Shown piece after piece: positions 42,040 to 56,000 of a stretch of DNA of 64,000 nucleotides. Under the pieces are notes generated by a model. The model was not told the origin of the DNA, did not search any database, and was given only the letters and a program-made list of their open reading frames with translations. The stretch is from the NCBI GenBank assembly GCA_002269645.1, contig NIVC01001520.1, positions 1 to 64,000 of the forward strand, read 5' to 3'. The translations under genes were made by a program, and so were the position numbers. Source of the DNA: Macrostomum lignano (taxonomy: Eukaryota). Numbering within the stretch: the stretch's first letter is position 1; each line of letters starts with the position of its first letter.

Positions 42040-42989
42040 ATGTCCACTCACCGCCGAGTCCTCATCGCCATAGACGGCAGCGAGAACAGCTTCATGGCGT
42101 TGAGCTACTACGCCCAGACTGCGCACAGAGAATCGGATCAGCTGATTTTCGCTTACGCCGCCGAGCCGCCCAGCCTGCCGAGGGGCACCGGCGCCAGCCT
42201 GCTGGCCGAGACCGAGGCCTACGCCGGCATGATGCGCGAGGCCGTGGAGCGGGGCAAAGAGCTCGGACAACGAATTCGATCCAGGTGGCTATATGATAAT
42301 GGCATGCATAATTGCGCTCTGAATAGTTTACTACGCTACATATCGTCGTTCATTCAGAGTCTAAGAATTAGACAAACAATAGAAATACGCTGTCAGTAGG
42401 TCTGAAAACTACATAATTCCAAGCTGGTAATCAAGGTGCTCAGGTAGAAAACTCGATCCAAGTATATGATTTCTCCTGCATTCAAAATTGCCCTCTGAAA
42501 GGTTTATTACGCTACATATCGGCACTCATTCAAGAAACTAGAATAGAATAACACATTCAGGTCAGTGATGCCTTCAAGATTAATCTAACGGACAAGATTT
42601 ATAGAAATTTATAGAAATCGATAGATTGACGCTACGCAAAATATTGTTTAAATTAAAAGATTCGAACCTTCCAAATATTCGATTTACCCAGGTGCCAGCG
42701 GCTTGGCCTCCACAATGCCACAAAGTTCGTTGAGAAGCTAAGCAGTCAGGCCGGACCGGTCATTGTTGATGTCGCCAAAGACGAGTCCGTGGATCTCATC
42801 TTGCTGGGCAGCCGGGGCCACGGTACGCTGAGGCGCACCATCCTTGGCAGCGTGTCGGACTATGTGCTGCATCATGCCCACCTGCCCACCATCGTGGTCC
42901 CCTTTTCCGAAGGCAGTCGGAAGAGTTCCACTGCCAGTCGGAAGAGTTCCACTGCCAGTCGGAAGAGTTCCACTGCCAGTCGGCACTGA
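42040..42989 (+). CDS. Universal stress protein paralog; exons 42040-42284 and 42692-42989
   Basis: RRVLIAIDGSENSFMAL... Phase-2 intron CCAG|GTGGCT...TTACCCAG|G gives RSRCQRLG...DLILLGSRGHGTLRRTILGSVSDYVLHHA, ending in (SRKSSTA)x3. Confidence 0.9.
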
Positions 42990-43339
42990 GGCGACCATCA
43001 AATATGGAACTTGTGTAATTTTCAAGCAGATAGAGCAGACAGTTATGAGTATCTCAAAGAAGAAAGTCTAAATTCCACCTTGTACAGTTTATTACTTCAG
43101 AATTAACCTCTTGCAATTTTTTCATAGATGGGCTACAGAAACTTCCTTATTTGGCATTCGGAATATCTGCTGCAGTTGCGCTTCAATTTGTCCATCTGTT
43201 TTATTTCTCAATTGTAGCTTTTAGCATCTACCAAATCAAATAAATTCGATCTGATCTGGTCAAAGTACAGCCGTGCTCTCATTGCAGGGGGAAAGATCTA
43301 GCTTTTTGAATAAAGTTTGACAAGGGTTTTACCATAGAC

Positions 43340-43400
43340 CAGGGTCTGCAAACTCGGGCCCGTGGGTCAAATACGACCCTCTCTTTATCCGGCCCTCGGT
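43340..43400 (+). mobile_element. Possible hAT (Charlie-like) transposon left end
   Basis: CAGGGTCTGCAAACTCGGGCCCGTGGGTCAAATACGACCC resembles hAT-Charlie termini; I found no matching right end. Confidence 0.4.
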
Positions 43401-46400
43401 CCTTTGGAACTTCACAATAGCAATCTGGCTCGCTCAGGGCTTGTGGCTCTTCTCAGCTCTCTTCTCAAATATACTTTTTTTCTCTTTTCTCTCGTCTCAA
43501 TCTAATCTCATCTCCTTCTCTTCTCTTCTCTCCTCTCCCTTCTCCCCTCTCTCCTCTCCCTTCTCTCCTCTACTCCCTTCCCCTCTCCCTTCCTCTCTCC
43601 CTTCCCCTCTCCCCCTCATATTTCATCCCTCCTCTTGTCTCGTCTCTTCTTCATTGTACCATGACCTTTGTGCCCGCTGGGAACTTATTCTTGCCTCCGT
43701 CGGAAGTCCGTCGTATTGTGAGACAGCCGATTCATGGCTGCGTCCAGCAGATTGATGAGTTACAAATTCCAATTCATCAGCTACAGCTACTACAGCAAAA
43801 AATCTTATTTCGTGTTTTGTCTATGGCTTTTGGTGGGGCTTCGCCCCACACCCCCTTTCTACTCGTATTTTCTGTCCCACTTTGTCAAGGAAACAAATGT
43901 CTATGGCACAATAATAGTAATACCCATGCTTTAAGGGCGTTAATGGGAAAATCAGAGGGCTATTATTCGATCCCTTACATCTCCTTTCTCGTTTCTTCTT
44001 TCCATGCGGAAGAATTCGTTACATTATATGAAGCATTCTTCTAAGTGCATCTGGAAGCCACCTGTAGCAGCTTTACTTTGCAACTGTTAATGAAAATCGT
44101 CACGGGCGACCAGAGCCACGAATTTCCTATTTCTGTCTGCACAGCGATATGTAACTAAGGAGAAATGTTGCAAGCTAACAGGGACTGAAAGCATTGCAGC
44201 GTTGAAAAAATGCGCGCAATTCTCACTGGATTTTAGTTGGGCTTCTTGCTTGAAATTGGAATCTCTTGACGCGCTTGACTGCGTTTCGGGTGGCAGGCAG
44301 CAATTCGTTATTCCGTTGCTATTTGGGATCCACTTTTACTGCACCGCTCAGCTAGCCTGCAGAGCAGCAAAAACTTTAGTTTCTATTTTGACTTTTCAGT
44401 TCTATATTTTGAAAAGAAAAACTTGGCTAAATTATTCTAAAAACGCATTTTATTGAGTGGTTTAGCTGGTTTAATTTAGGATAACATGCAGGAATGTTTA
44501 GCTGATAGCCTGATACTGTACATAGGCTGCTTGACATTTTCAATGGAAAAAAACCATGTAGAAATGGCTTCGAATTTTCAGTAGAATTAATTGCCCATCA
44601 ACCGATTCAACTTAAATGTAGTAGCACACGCAGTAAGTTAACTGCTCCGAATTGCAAGATATCTAAAAAATTAGCCTCAAAAATAGCTCAAACAATTAGG
44701 TCGATAATTGTAGGATCCCTGATTCACTCGTACGTCGATACAAAACTTATTTGTCTGAAGATTTTCCTACCATATACCGAATACTTCACATAGAATTCCA
44801 GCTATCGCTATTCGCACTAATTTCTATGGAAGATATTCCGTTCGGAAAATCTCTCCGGAGAAAAATGTCCGCTTGTAAAACTCCGGCGAAAAAACACGGA
44901 AAAAATCTATCGCGACAAATCTTCATGGTGGCAAAGTTCGGTGAATTCGTCGGCAAGCATTTCTCGCTCTCATTGTACGTGTATTCAATACTATGAATTT
45001 TAATAAGCTTAGAAACAAATCGAACAAATAAAATACTGTAATTTAGTATGATATACATATATGTTATATGTATGTCTGATGTAGAATAGTATAGAATAAT
45101 ATACATCCGTACGATTTTACCATGTCAGAAAGTAGTCTTTGCACAAGTAAGAAAGTAATTGTGTAATAAAAATGTAGTTTGTTTTTCAATGCGGGACACA
45201 GACTTCAAATCGAATCACCTATTTCGATGGATGTTCCTTTGTTTTATTTTAGCGTGAAAATAGAGTGCTATTGTTTAAAAAACGTCTAGCTTTCCATGAC
45301 AGTGGGTCGTTCGCAAATTCTAGGAGGAGCAAAAATTTTAACAATTTTCCGAACATTTACTATTGTTACTGCCATATTGAAAATAATAGGACACTTTTAT
45401 CTGTGAATAAAGATAATTTTTGGGTTAAACTTTATCATGCAAAAGTGTTTTTTAATCATCTGGCGGTATTAAGCGATAATTAGCGATGAAAAAATTCAAA
45501 TTCAATCATTTCACCGATGTTAATTTTTGGTACTACAAGATGTCTGTAGCTAAAAAAAAGTTGTTGTTGTGTTGAAACCTTGCTATATTACATTTAAAAT
45601 TAAAGCTTATATAAATTTAATTTAAGATTTTTTTTAAAGCTCAATAAACTGCACTATAAATGATTTTATAGACGCTTAACTGTACGCCTAGCATTTCCGG
45701 TGGGATAGCCTCTTTGCGTCTCACAAAATGTATTTTTTCAGCTGACGTCTAGAATGTGCGCTTAAAATGATACATTTTGATGCAGATAATTAGAAAAACA
45801 TGTCTTTTTATCTTTTTGTAAAAAATTGTTATGAAATAGAGCACTATTGTTGATAAAAATAATTAAAAGCAACCATGCATCGCAATAAACTCCTACTTTG
45901 AAGCACAAAATAAATATCCTGTAACCACACTAGCATTCTCCATGGAGCACCTTTTGAGCTGAAATTTTACACAGATATCCAGTAAAGTAAACTGAGCAAA
46001 TGATTTTTTTTGTTTTTGAAAATACTTCAATTTGGCTATGTATCAGTTAGTACATTGGACATATTTATTATATTTTTATTAAAATCCTTGTAACCAAGCT
46101 ACAGAGAAACATGTGCAAAACTGGACCTTGAAATTTGACCTGAATGATCAGCAAATGTGTATCTCGAAATGATTTTTTTTGTTTTCATCAAGTCATTCTA
46201 TGCTAATTTTTTCTGAAGGTAAAGATACCATATATTTAGAGTCAATAGGGGAAGCATTTAGACTTATTCAATAGTCATTAAAATTGCAACTATATTATTA
46301 TAATATAGTAATAATATTATACATGTATTATATAGTAATATTAACTTCTAAGATGCCCTTATAAATTTAAGTAAAGACAACAGGCCTTAATTAATTAATC

Positions 46401-49400
46401 AGCATTTTGAAGAAACTGACCTTATACAGATGGGCCCCAAGCTAAGAAATGAATGTAGAGCTTATTTCGTGTAAGGTATAAAAATCAATTTATTAAAATA
46501 TTAAATACTTCTAATAAATTGGTTAAATTAGTTATTTACCTTGAATTAATTTAATTTTAATAATTAAATATATAAATTTGTTTCACTTCTTACTGCATTT
46601 AAATAGAGTACCTCTCTACTATACTATAGAAGTATAGTAAAAGTACATGGTAAAAAAGTATAGTAAAAAATTTTCTTTGGTTTAATCCCAGCTTGCCTCA
46701 GTTTTTTAGTCTTAATACGAGCTAGATAGTAAGTGTTGATTAATTTGCTCCATCACCTTTTGCCACGGAAACAGCACATGTCGGACATGCAACACTCTTC
46801 CTGATCCCTGGATTCAAGATGACTGCTTCTGCTTCTTCAATGCTTGAAAACTGAGCTCATGGAGCTTTAGGTTATGCTGTCAGAGTGCTGCTGCCGGTGC
46901 TGTGTGTGTATGTGTGTGTCTTCTGCGGGTAGGTTCCATGTCCCTCAGTTTAGCCACTGTTGTGGGCTAACTGGAGGAATTGCCGTTGTCGGTGCTGCAG
47001 GTGGCACTGCATGGTAGTATTGACGCTGTCAGTGACGCTGGCAAAGGCTTGGACGAAGCTAGGTGCCGTCATTGTCAGAAGGACATGCGTGTGCTGCTTA
47101 GACCAGTGCGCACATTCGACTGGACTCGTATCTGGTGCAGTCTGGTGTATTCACTGAGATTGTGTGGATCTGCCTCCTCGCATCACCTCAACCAGGCTCA
47201 ATTTCTTTTGTAGAATTTTCGTGCGCTGCTTAACTGCATCTTGTGCCTGCTGAGTGATGCCAAGAATTGTGCCACACAATAATTTGGCCCATAAACTACT
47301 CGTATATTATACATATGTATGCACAGCACACACACACGCAGTTCATTCATATTAAATGTACTAGTTAATGGAATTCTCATCTCATGAGCTCTAGTCTATG
47401 GACAAACCTGAAATTACTAGAATATCTAGATAGATCTAAACTTCTTTGAGCAGCGCGTTGCGCTGCGAGCAAAATACATGTAGATTCCTTAGCGCAACTA
47501 ATTAATAGTGTAGTACAGTCTACAGCCTGAAGTAGCCTGTGTAAGATGCGGAGGGATGATTTTTGCATAGGAAGCCACTACGGTAAGGTTGATGGAACTA
47601 TGGGGAGGTGAGAGATTCAAAGCGAGGGACGGAAGCCATGCATAGTTCGATCATAAGTTTGATTATTCCATGAGTCTGGGGATGCATTAACGAGAGGCGG
47701 ACGAGAGCATAGAAATAAAGCGGGCTAAATATATTAATACACAAAATTACATGTACTAGCTAGTAATTTCAGAATGGTCAGCGACTCCTCCGATTTGTAT
47801 CCGCGACCGCGTGCCCACAAATCCCCCGGCAGACCCTGTCGCAGTTGGTGGTTGTGCACAGAATACAATGTTAATTTTCGAGCTTCTCTGCAAAAAATGC
47901 GTGATGCACTCAAGATGCGTGCTATAGTCTACTTCTTTGATTGATGGCTGGGTTTTGCCTTTTCGCTTGTGATCATCAAAAGCTTGGGCGTCATTGCTAC
48001 TGGTGTTTCAGTGTGCGCATTATGTCTGGTTATCATATTATGTGCATGTGCAGTGTCTTTTACCTACATTTTTGTTTGTCTCTGTTTCCTGCATGCTCTT
48101 TCGCATTTTTACACCTCGCACACCCTCATTTTTCTCAATTAACAAGTGAAATCTTTTTTTAAAGACTAACTGCTATTTTAGTTAAGCTAGTAGGTTTTTG
48201 GTAATTAAATAATTCAATTTTGTCTATTTTCCAAAAAGTTTCAAAAAATGAATTGATTAAAATAAATTTGAATTATTTTAAGTTAATTGGAGTAAAATGT
48301 CTAATAAGTAACTATAATTTTTTATTTTAAGTACATGCAGCTTTGGTATAAGTATTAATGTAATAAGTACTTAAAGTAAAATCAAGCAAGTTATAGTTTT
48401 CAGAAATTATGCTACAAATAATCAAATATATACTAGAATCCGAATTCCTTTATTAAGGAACATGCAGTTGATATTAAATCCACAATGTGCTTTTTGGTGT
48501 TCAAGGATAGTTCCCTGACTTTTTCTATTATTAGTTAGATTTTATTATATTTAATGTAAAAATGAACAATTCTATTCACCGTAAAAATGAACATTCTTTA
48601 TTTGTCGAATCATCTTGACTTTGAAAAGATACATAGTGAAAACTTGATTTTTAATTCAACTTTTCAAGACTTATTTAGACTTCTTAATTCAGTGATTAGT
48701 TAAACTGATCGAAGTCCTTTCGAGTGCATGCTATAATAATTTCGCACTTTTTCGCACACGATAATTTTAAATGTCTGGGATTTAGAGCAGAGTAACAAAA
48801 TGCTGTGCTCAAAAACATTTCCTTTGTCAATTTCTTGTTCTTTTATTTTTGCAAAAGAAATTTAACTGCATATTTAAAATAAAAATAGAAGAAAATTTTA
48901 TTTTCTCTTTAATATTTTTGCCGTTTATTTTCCGCAACAAAGAATAACAAATAGCCTTGATTTCTTCTCAATTTCAAGTTTTCTTGTGGTTTTAGTAGCA
49001 GCTTCTTACAGAAATTGTCGAAATAATTTTTTTTGTACGATTATTGGTCGATGTATAAACTTTTTTTGCAATAACAAAAAGTTGTGACCTAGCTTTGAGA
49101 ACGACCCCAGTCTGCGGGGAACTCTTATAAAACGGTAGAATGGACAGAAACGATCTGATAATGTTTGTTCTAAATTCTTTCTTATGCAGGTAAAAATTTT
49201 AAAAAGATGATATTTTTAAAGAGTTAGTAGAAATAATCCTGTTAGCTATTGTTCTTTTAAAGAGATGAAATTAGCCTATGGGGCTATGCTATGTTAATGG
49301 CAAAAATATGGTCGAGTCATAGGATATTTACCACAAAATTCTGAGTGGTAGAAACTGTCTCTTTTATGATCCTGTTCTGACATCCTTTTAGTGACTAACA

Positions 49401-50014
49401 AAGTTGACGTTTTTAAGAGCAAAATGTTTAGCTAAAGTTTTAAAAAAAATTATAGCTTTAACATTTTATAGTCTTGCATCTTAAATACAAAAATCAAGAA
49501 AATTGCTGCTTACTGGCAACTGACACTGATTTGTTGGTTTCTCATGCATAATTTTGTTGAATTCGAAATGAATTTTTTGTTTTCAATTTACCCATAGAAT
49601 ATATTTTTTTTCAAATCCAATCCTAAATTTATTTAGTATTAGGCACTTAGCATATGCCAACCATAGCTATTTATTTTTTAAATTAGCATTGCATATTTGT
49701 TTTAATCTATCATAAAAGTGTCAAGAATTTAGGGAGGGATAAGTGATAAGAAAAAGTAATTATAAATTTCTTTTAACTACAGTACATTATTGCAATAATT
49801 TTGAGCTATTTAGTATATTTTCTAAAAAGAACACAATGGAATAGGTCATGGTCAATCAGGAGAAAATCAAAAAGCTACTTTATTGAATCTTTATTTTAAT
49901 TGTACATTTTGCTTTGATTCATCTTAATTGCTCTATATCCAATTATAAATATTTATTATTTATAAGCATTATATGAGTTTTGCTTTATTTTTTATTCCAG
50001 ATATTATTGGCACT

Positions 50015-53000
50015 ATGAAATTTGCTGAACATCTCCAAGCTCACCTTACACCAGAGTGGCGAACTCAATATATAAAATATGATGTAATTTTTATTTAAGC
50101 TTCTGATTTTTTATGATTACTGTAACTTAGCTTTTTAATATTAAATTTAATTGGTTTCAGGATCTCAAGGAATTTCTATACAAGTGTGCAAATGAAATTT
50201 CTGAAGAACTAGGTAAAGTAGTTATTGTCTGTCATAATTTTACAGAGTTGTGTCATATAAAACTACCTTCGAAGTATCAACCTTTCACTCATGCACTCCC
50301 AGATGAGGAAACCCGCCAAGCCTACTTCATATCCAAAGACGAAGAATTCTACAACGTGTGCAACGACGAGCTTATCAAAATCAACGACTTCTTTGAAGAG
50401 AAAGTAGCGGAGGCCAAGCGCCGGTTAAAAGACTTGGAGCAGGAGCTGGCCGAGTACAAACAGTTCAAGCAGCAGCTGGCAACTCAGAAGCTCCAGGCTA
50501 ACGGCGTCGACGCTGTGCTGCCAGGCGCCATGATTCGCCGGTACCGCGACATGAAGAAGCACCGCGGCCGGGTTCGCAAACTCCAAGAGATCAAATTGGC
50601 CTTCCAGGAGTTCTATTTGAACCTCATACTGTTGCAGAACTATCAGGCATTGAATTTCACCGGATTTAGAAAGATACTTAAGAAACATGATAAGGTAAGA
50701 TATTACTCCTTCTCCCACACCCAGTCCCGCTCTCCTATTCCCCTTTCCCAATCTCCCTCTCCCAGTCTTCCTCTTCCAGTCTACCACTTTCAATCTCCCT
50801 TTCCCCTCTCCCAGTCTCCATCTCCCTCTCCCAGTCACCCTCTCCCATTTCCCTCTCCCAGTCTTCCTCTTCCAATCTCCCTCTCCCAGTCTCCCTCATC
50901 CAATCTCCCTCACCCAGTCACCCTCTCCCAGCCTCCCTCTCCCACTCCATTCTCTCATCCATCCATCTCCTAACCTCCCTCTCCCAATCTCCTTCTCCGA
51001 TATCTATATCCCGGTCTCAATCTCCCTTATTCGAAAGAAAAATTTTGCTTTAAAAATTTGTGAGTAAAATCTATATAAAAATAAATAATTGAATAAATAA
51101 AATCCTGATATGGTACAAAAAGCCAGGTTTTGGGTAGGTGTTTTAGAATTATGAATAATAGCTTAATTAGCTAATCTGATGCTTCTTTGTCAATACTCTC
51201 TGCTCTCTTATCTCATTTCTTATCCACGCCTCGATCCCATTAGTTAAAATAGTATAATCTGCGCTATATAATGACAGCCATTACATAGTCACACTCATAA
51301 GTTCTTTGTTAGTATTACACAAGAAAAACTGTCAAGTACTCGTGTGTTGCCAATCGGGGAAATGCTGTTTCCTGTTCTTCTTCTGCGGCAGCAAGCCAAT
51401 GGCATGCAGTAGCACTGGTACTTCTTTACTTTCCTGGATCTTTTCAGAGCCGTTGTTTTGTGCTTTACTAATTAAGTTAAATCTATACTGGAGGCATTTG
51501 GGTATTTTTAGGTCAGCTGGCATCACGAATCCGTGTTTTGACTTAGCTATTTGATAGGCTAGCTAATGTCAAGCACGACTGTTGAAAAGTACACAGGGGT
51601 TTCCACGCCTGATTCAATTTCACTTTTGCTCTCTTTTCTTCTTTTTTTAGAGGCTAGAGCGGAGAAAATGAAGGGGTGAGAGAAGGGAAAGGGAATGGGT
51701 GAGAGTATGGAGAGGGAAGGGCTGAGAAGAGGGAGAGAGAAGGGCTGAGAGGAGGGAGAGGGAAGAGCTGAGAGGAGGGAGAGGGAAGGGCTGAGAGGAA
51801 GGAGAGGGAAGGGCTGAGAGGAAGGAGAGGGAAGGGCTGAGAGGAAGGAGAGGGAAGGGCTGAGGGTATGGAGAGGAAGAGCTGAGAGGAGGGAGAGAGA
51901 AGGGCTGAGAGTATGGAGAGGGAAGAGCTGAGAGGAAGGAGAGAGGAGGGCTGAGAGTATGGAGAGGGAAGAGCTGAGAGGAGGGAGAGAGAAGGGCTGA
52001 GAGTATGGAGAGGGAAGAGCTGAGAGGAGGGAGAGAGGAGGGCTGAGAGTATGGAGAGGGAAGAGCTGAGAGGAGGGAGAGAGAAGGGCTGAGAGTATGG
52101 AGAGGGAAGAGCTGAGAGGAAGGAGAGAGGAGGGCTGAGAGTATGTAGAGGGAAGAGCTGAGAGGAGGGAGAGAGAAGGGCTGAGAGTATGGAGAGGGAA
52201 GAGCTGAGAGGAGGGAGAGGGAAGGGCTGAGAGGAGGGAGAGGGAAGGGCTGAGAGGAGGGAGAGGGAAGGGCTGAGAGGAGGGAGAGGGAAGGGCTGAG
52301 AGGAGGGAGAGGGAAGGGCTGAGAGGAGGGAGAGGGAAGGGCTGAGAGGAGGGAGAGGGAAGGGCTGAGAGGAGGGAGAGGGAAGAGCTGAGAGGAGGGA
52401 GAGGGAAGGGCTGAGAGGAGGGAGAGGGAAGAGCTGAGAGGAGGGAGAGGGAAGAGCTGAGAGGAGGGAGAGGGAAGGGCTGAGAGGAGGGAGAGGGAAG
52501 AGCTGAGAGGAGGGAGAGGGAAAAAAGAGGGTAAAAAAGAGGGAACAGTGGAATCATATATAACATGTTAACAGCCAATAAAGCTTGCCGCATTGTGTAA
52601 CTATTTACTACAATTGAATATGCCTAATATTGCTGGCACTCCCTGCCACTCCGCCAGATATTCGGACTCTCATCCGGCTATCAGTGGCGCGTTAGAAACG
52701 TAGAATCGGCCAGATTCAATGTCAGCAAAGACGTGGCGGAGTTTATCGACCGAGTTGAACAGGTGTACATTGGCGACTTGGAGCGGGGCGACCGGCACAC
52801 GGCTATGAAGCGGCTGAGGGTGCCGCCACTTACTGAGAGGGTAATTTACTAGTTACCTGAATAGTTTTGTTGCAGTAAAGTACAATTGAAGTTCGTTAAA
52901 AGTAAAGTAGATCAACAGCGTCACAGGGTCTCCCTTACCCAGTCTCCCTCACTCTGTCTCCCTCACCCAGTCTCCCTTACCCAGTCTCCCTCACCCAGTC

Positions 53001-56000
53001 TCCCTCACCCAGTCTCCCTCACCCAGTCTCCCTTACCCAGTCTCCCTTACCCAGTCTCCCTCACCCAGTCTCCCTCACCCAGTCTCCCTCACCCAGTCTC
53101 CCTCACCCAGTCTCCCTCACCCAGTCTCCCTCACCCAGTCTCCCTCACCCAGTCTCCCTCACCCAGTCTCCCTCACCCAGTCTCCCTCACTCAGTCTCCC
53201 TCACCCAGTCTCCCTCACCCAGTCTCCCTCACTCAGTCTCCCTCACCCAGTCTCCCTCACCCAGTCTCCCTCACCCAGTCTCCCTCACCCAGTCTCCCTC
53301 ACCCAGTCTCCCTCACTCAGTCTCCCTCACCCAGTCTCCCTCACCCAGTCTCCCTCACCCAGTCTCCCTTACCCAGTCTCCCTCACCCAGTCTCCCTCAC
53401 CCAGTCTCCCTCACCCAGTCTCCCTCACCCAGTCTCCCTCACTCAGTCTCCCTCACCCAGTCTCCCTCACCCAGTCTCCCTCACTCAGTCTCCCTCACCC
53501 AGTCTCCCTCACCCAGTCTCCCTCACCCAGTCTCCCTCACCCAGTCTCCCTCACCCAGTCTCCCTCACCCAGTCTCCCTCACCCAGTCTCCCTCACTCAG
53601 TCTCCCTCACCCAGTCTCCCTCACCCAGTCTCCCTTACCCAGTCTCCCTCACCCAGTCTCCCTCACTCAGTGTCCCTCACCTAATCTCCCTCAGCCGCGT
53701 GAATGTGCTGACAGTGAATGTTGGCCACTTGGCTAGTGACGCTAGAACTGGAACTCTCACCTGCCCCTTCTCTCACCCCCAAATGAGCAGGAAAAGCCGG
53801 GTACCACATTTCTAGTTGGCTTTCTATTCGGCATATTCTCAATGCAATCGCTGTCAGTAACGCTCGCCATTGTGTACCTCGGTCCCGGGATCGAGCCTTG
53901 GCAGCCAGGCCTGCGGCTATTCCGAGCGTCACTATTAGTGCCGCTGTTCATCTGCCTGCTAGGCGTGAACACCTACGGTTGGCGCGGGGCCGGGGTTAAT
54001 CACGTGCTAATATTTGAAATCGATCCCAGGCACCATCTAAATCATATGGAGATTCTCAAAGCTGGCGGTATATTGGCTGTGACCTGGTGCGCCGCACTGC
54101 AGCTGTTTGTGTTCTCCGGCTGGCTGACCGGCATGCCGCCCTTCGCCGCGCCCTTTCTCTACTGGGCATTTATGCCCATTTATCTGTTGAATCCGCTGCC
54201 AGTCTGTCAGCACAAGTCCAGGCGGTGGCTCTGCCGGATTCTGGTAAATTATATTTTTTATATAGCGGTGCGCGATCATTTGGGACAGGGTATGGCAGGG
54301 AGAAGCGAAAAGGGAGGGCAGATGAGGGAGGAATAGAGAGGGCGAATCTATGTGCTGAGAGGAAGTAAGCGAAAATGAGGAATAGCGGAGAAAATGGAGA
54401 GTGAGTGGAAAAAGTGAATAGGAGGGGCGGAATGGAGGGGGCGTTAACGTAGAGGGAGGAGCGGAGCGGAGATAAGCGGAGAGAGCAGAGAAGAGCGGAA
54501 AGGAGCGGAGAGAAGCGGAGAGAGCAGAGAAAAGCGGAAAGGAGCGGAGAGAAGCGGAGAGAGCAGAGAAGAGCGGAGAGGAGCGGAGAAGAGCGGAAAG
54601 GAGCGGAAAGGAGCGGAGAGAAGCGGAGAGAGCAGAGAAAAGCGGAAAGGAGCGGAGAGAAGCGGAGAGAGCAGAGAAGAGCGGAGAGGAGCGGAGAAGA
54701 GCGGAAAGGAGCGGAGAGGAGCGGAAAGGAGCGGAGAGGAACGGAAGAGGAGCGGAGAGGAGCGGAGAGAGGAACGGAAGAGGAGCGGAGAGGAGCGGAG
54801 AGGAGCGGAGAAGAGCGGAGAGGAGCGGAGATAAGCGGAGAGGAACGGAAGAGGAGCGGAGAGGAGCGAAGAGGAGCGGAGAGGAGCGGAGAGGAACGGA
54901 GAGGAACGGAAGAGGAGCGGAGAGGAGCGGAGAGGAACGGAAGAGGAGCGGAGAGGAGCGGAGAGGAGCGGAGAGGAGCGGAGAAGAGCGGAGAGGAGCG
55001 GAGAGGAACGGAAGAGGAGCGGAGAGGAGCGGAGAGGAACGGAAGAGGAGCGGAGAAGAGCGGAGAGGAGCGAAGAGGAACGGAGAGGAGCGAAGAGGAA
55101 CGGAGAGGAGCGGAGAGGAGCGGAGAGGAACGGAGAGGAAAGGGCGGAGAAAAATCAAAGAGAATATCGCATCTAATATCTACGCTCGTATGCAGAGAGA
55201 AAATGCTCTCTTCATAGCTCCACAGAGTGGTATAAAATTTCTAAATAAAAAACCTTTAAGCCTTTCCAGCCCGCACTGTTCGCTTTCTCGCTAGACGCTA
55301 CTGCACACTTGATTGATAAGTGGAATGCCAAATTAGTTCAATAAATCGAAGCCTCACTTCCTGCCCAGTACTCTGCGTCAAGAAAATTGAAGTACTATTG
55401 GAGAGCGTACGTATGAAGACAAGCAAAGATATTGTAGTTTCATAAGCTGCCTAGTTGAATGCTTGGCCATCACTTCAATGTAAAGGACTCTGTTGGAGAG
55501 AACGGAAGTGTTAGGTACTTTTACTTTCCGCTTCTTTGAAGCGGCAAACAGCTTATCATAAAGTCACGAACTTAATGTACTCGGAACTGCGTCATTGTCC
55601 ACGCGATTTGTTAAACCATTTCCAGACGCTACAGTTAAACCCCTACTGCGCAATGAGAATAATCAATCTAGTCTAATAATCCCAAACTAAAGTCTAAGAA
55701 TCCCAATCAGAAATCTACGAATCCCAATCAGAAATCTAAGAATCTCAACCTGAAATCTAAGGATCCCAATCAGAAATCTAAGAATCCCAACCTGAAATCT
55801 AAGAATCCCAATCAGAAATCTAAGAATCCCAATCAGAAATCTAAGAATCTCAATCAGAAATCTAAGAATCCGAATCAGAAATCTAAGAATCTGTGGTGTA
55901 TCGCACACTGAGATGCACTATAGTTTATATAAGTTCAAGTTCGTTATTCTATGCCGTTTGTTTGCACTAATCGCCTCTAAGCATTCTATCGCTACAGTTT

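Noticed and set aside
46790-47900. Possible degraded transposon or gene fragment
   Set aside because: Only short open frames on either strand and nothing identifiable by eye.
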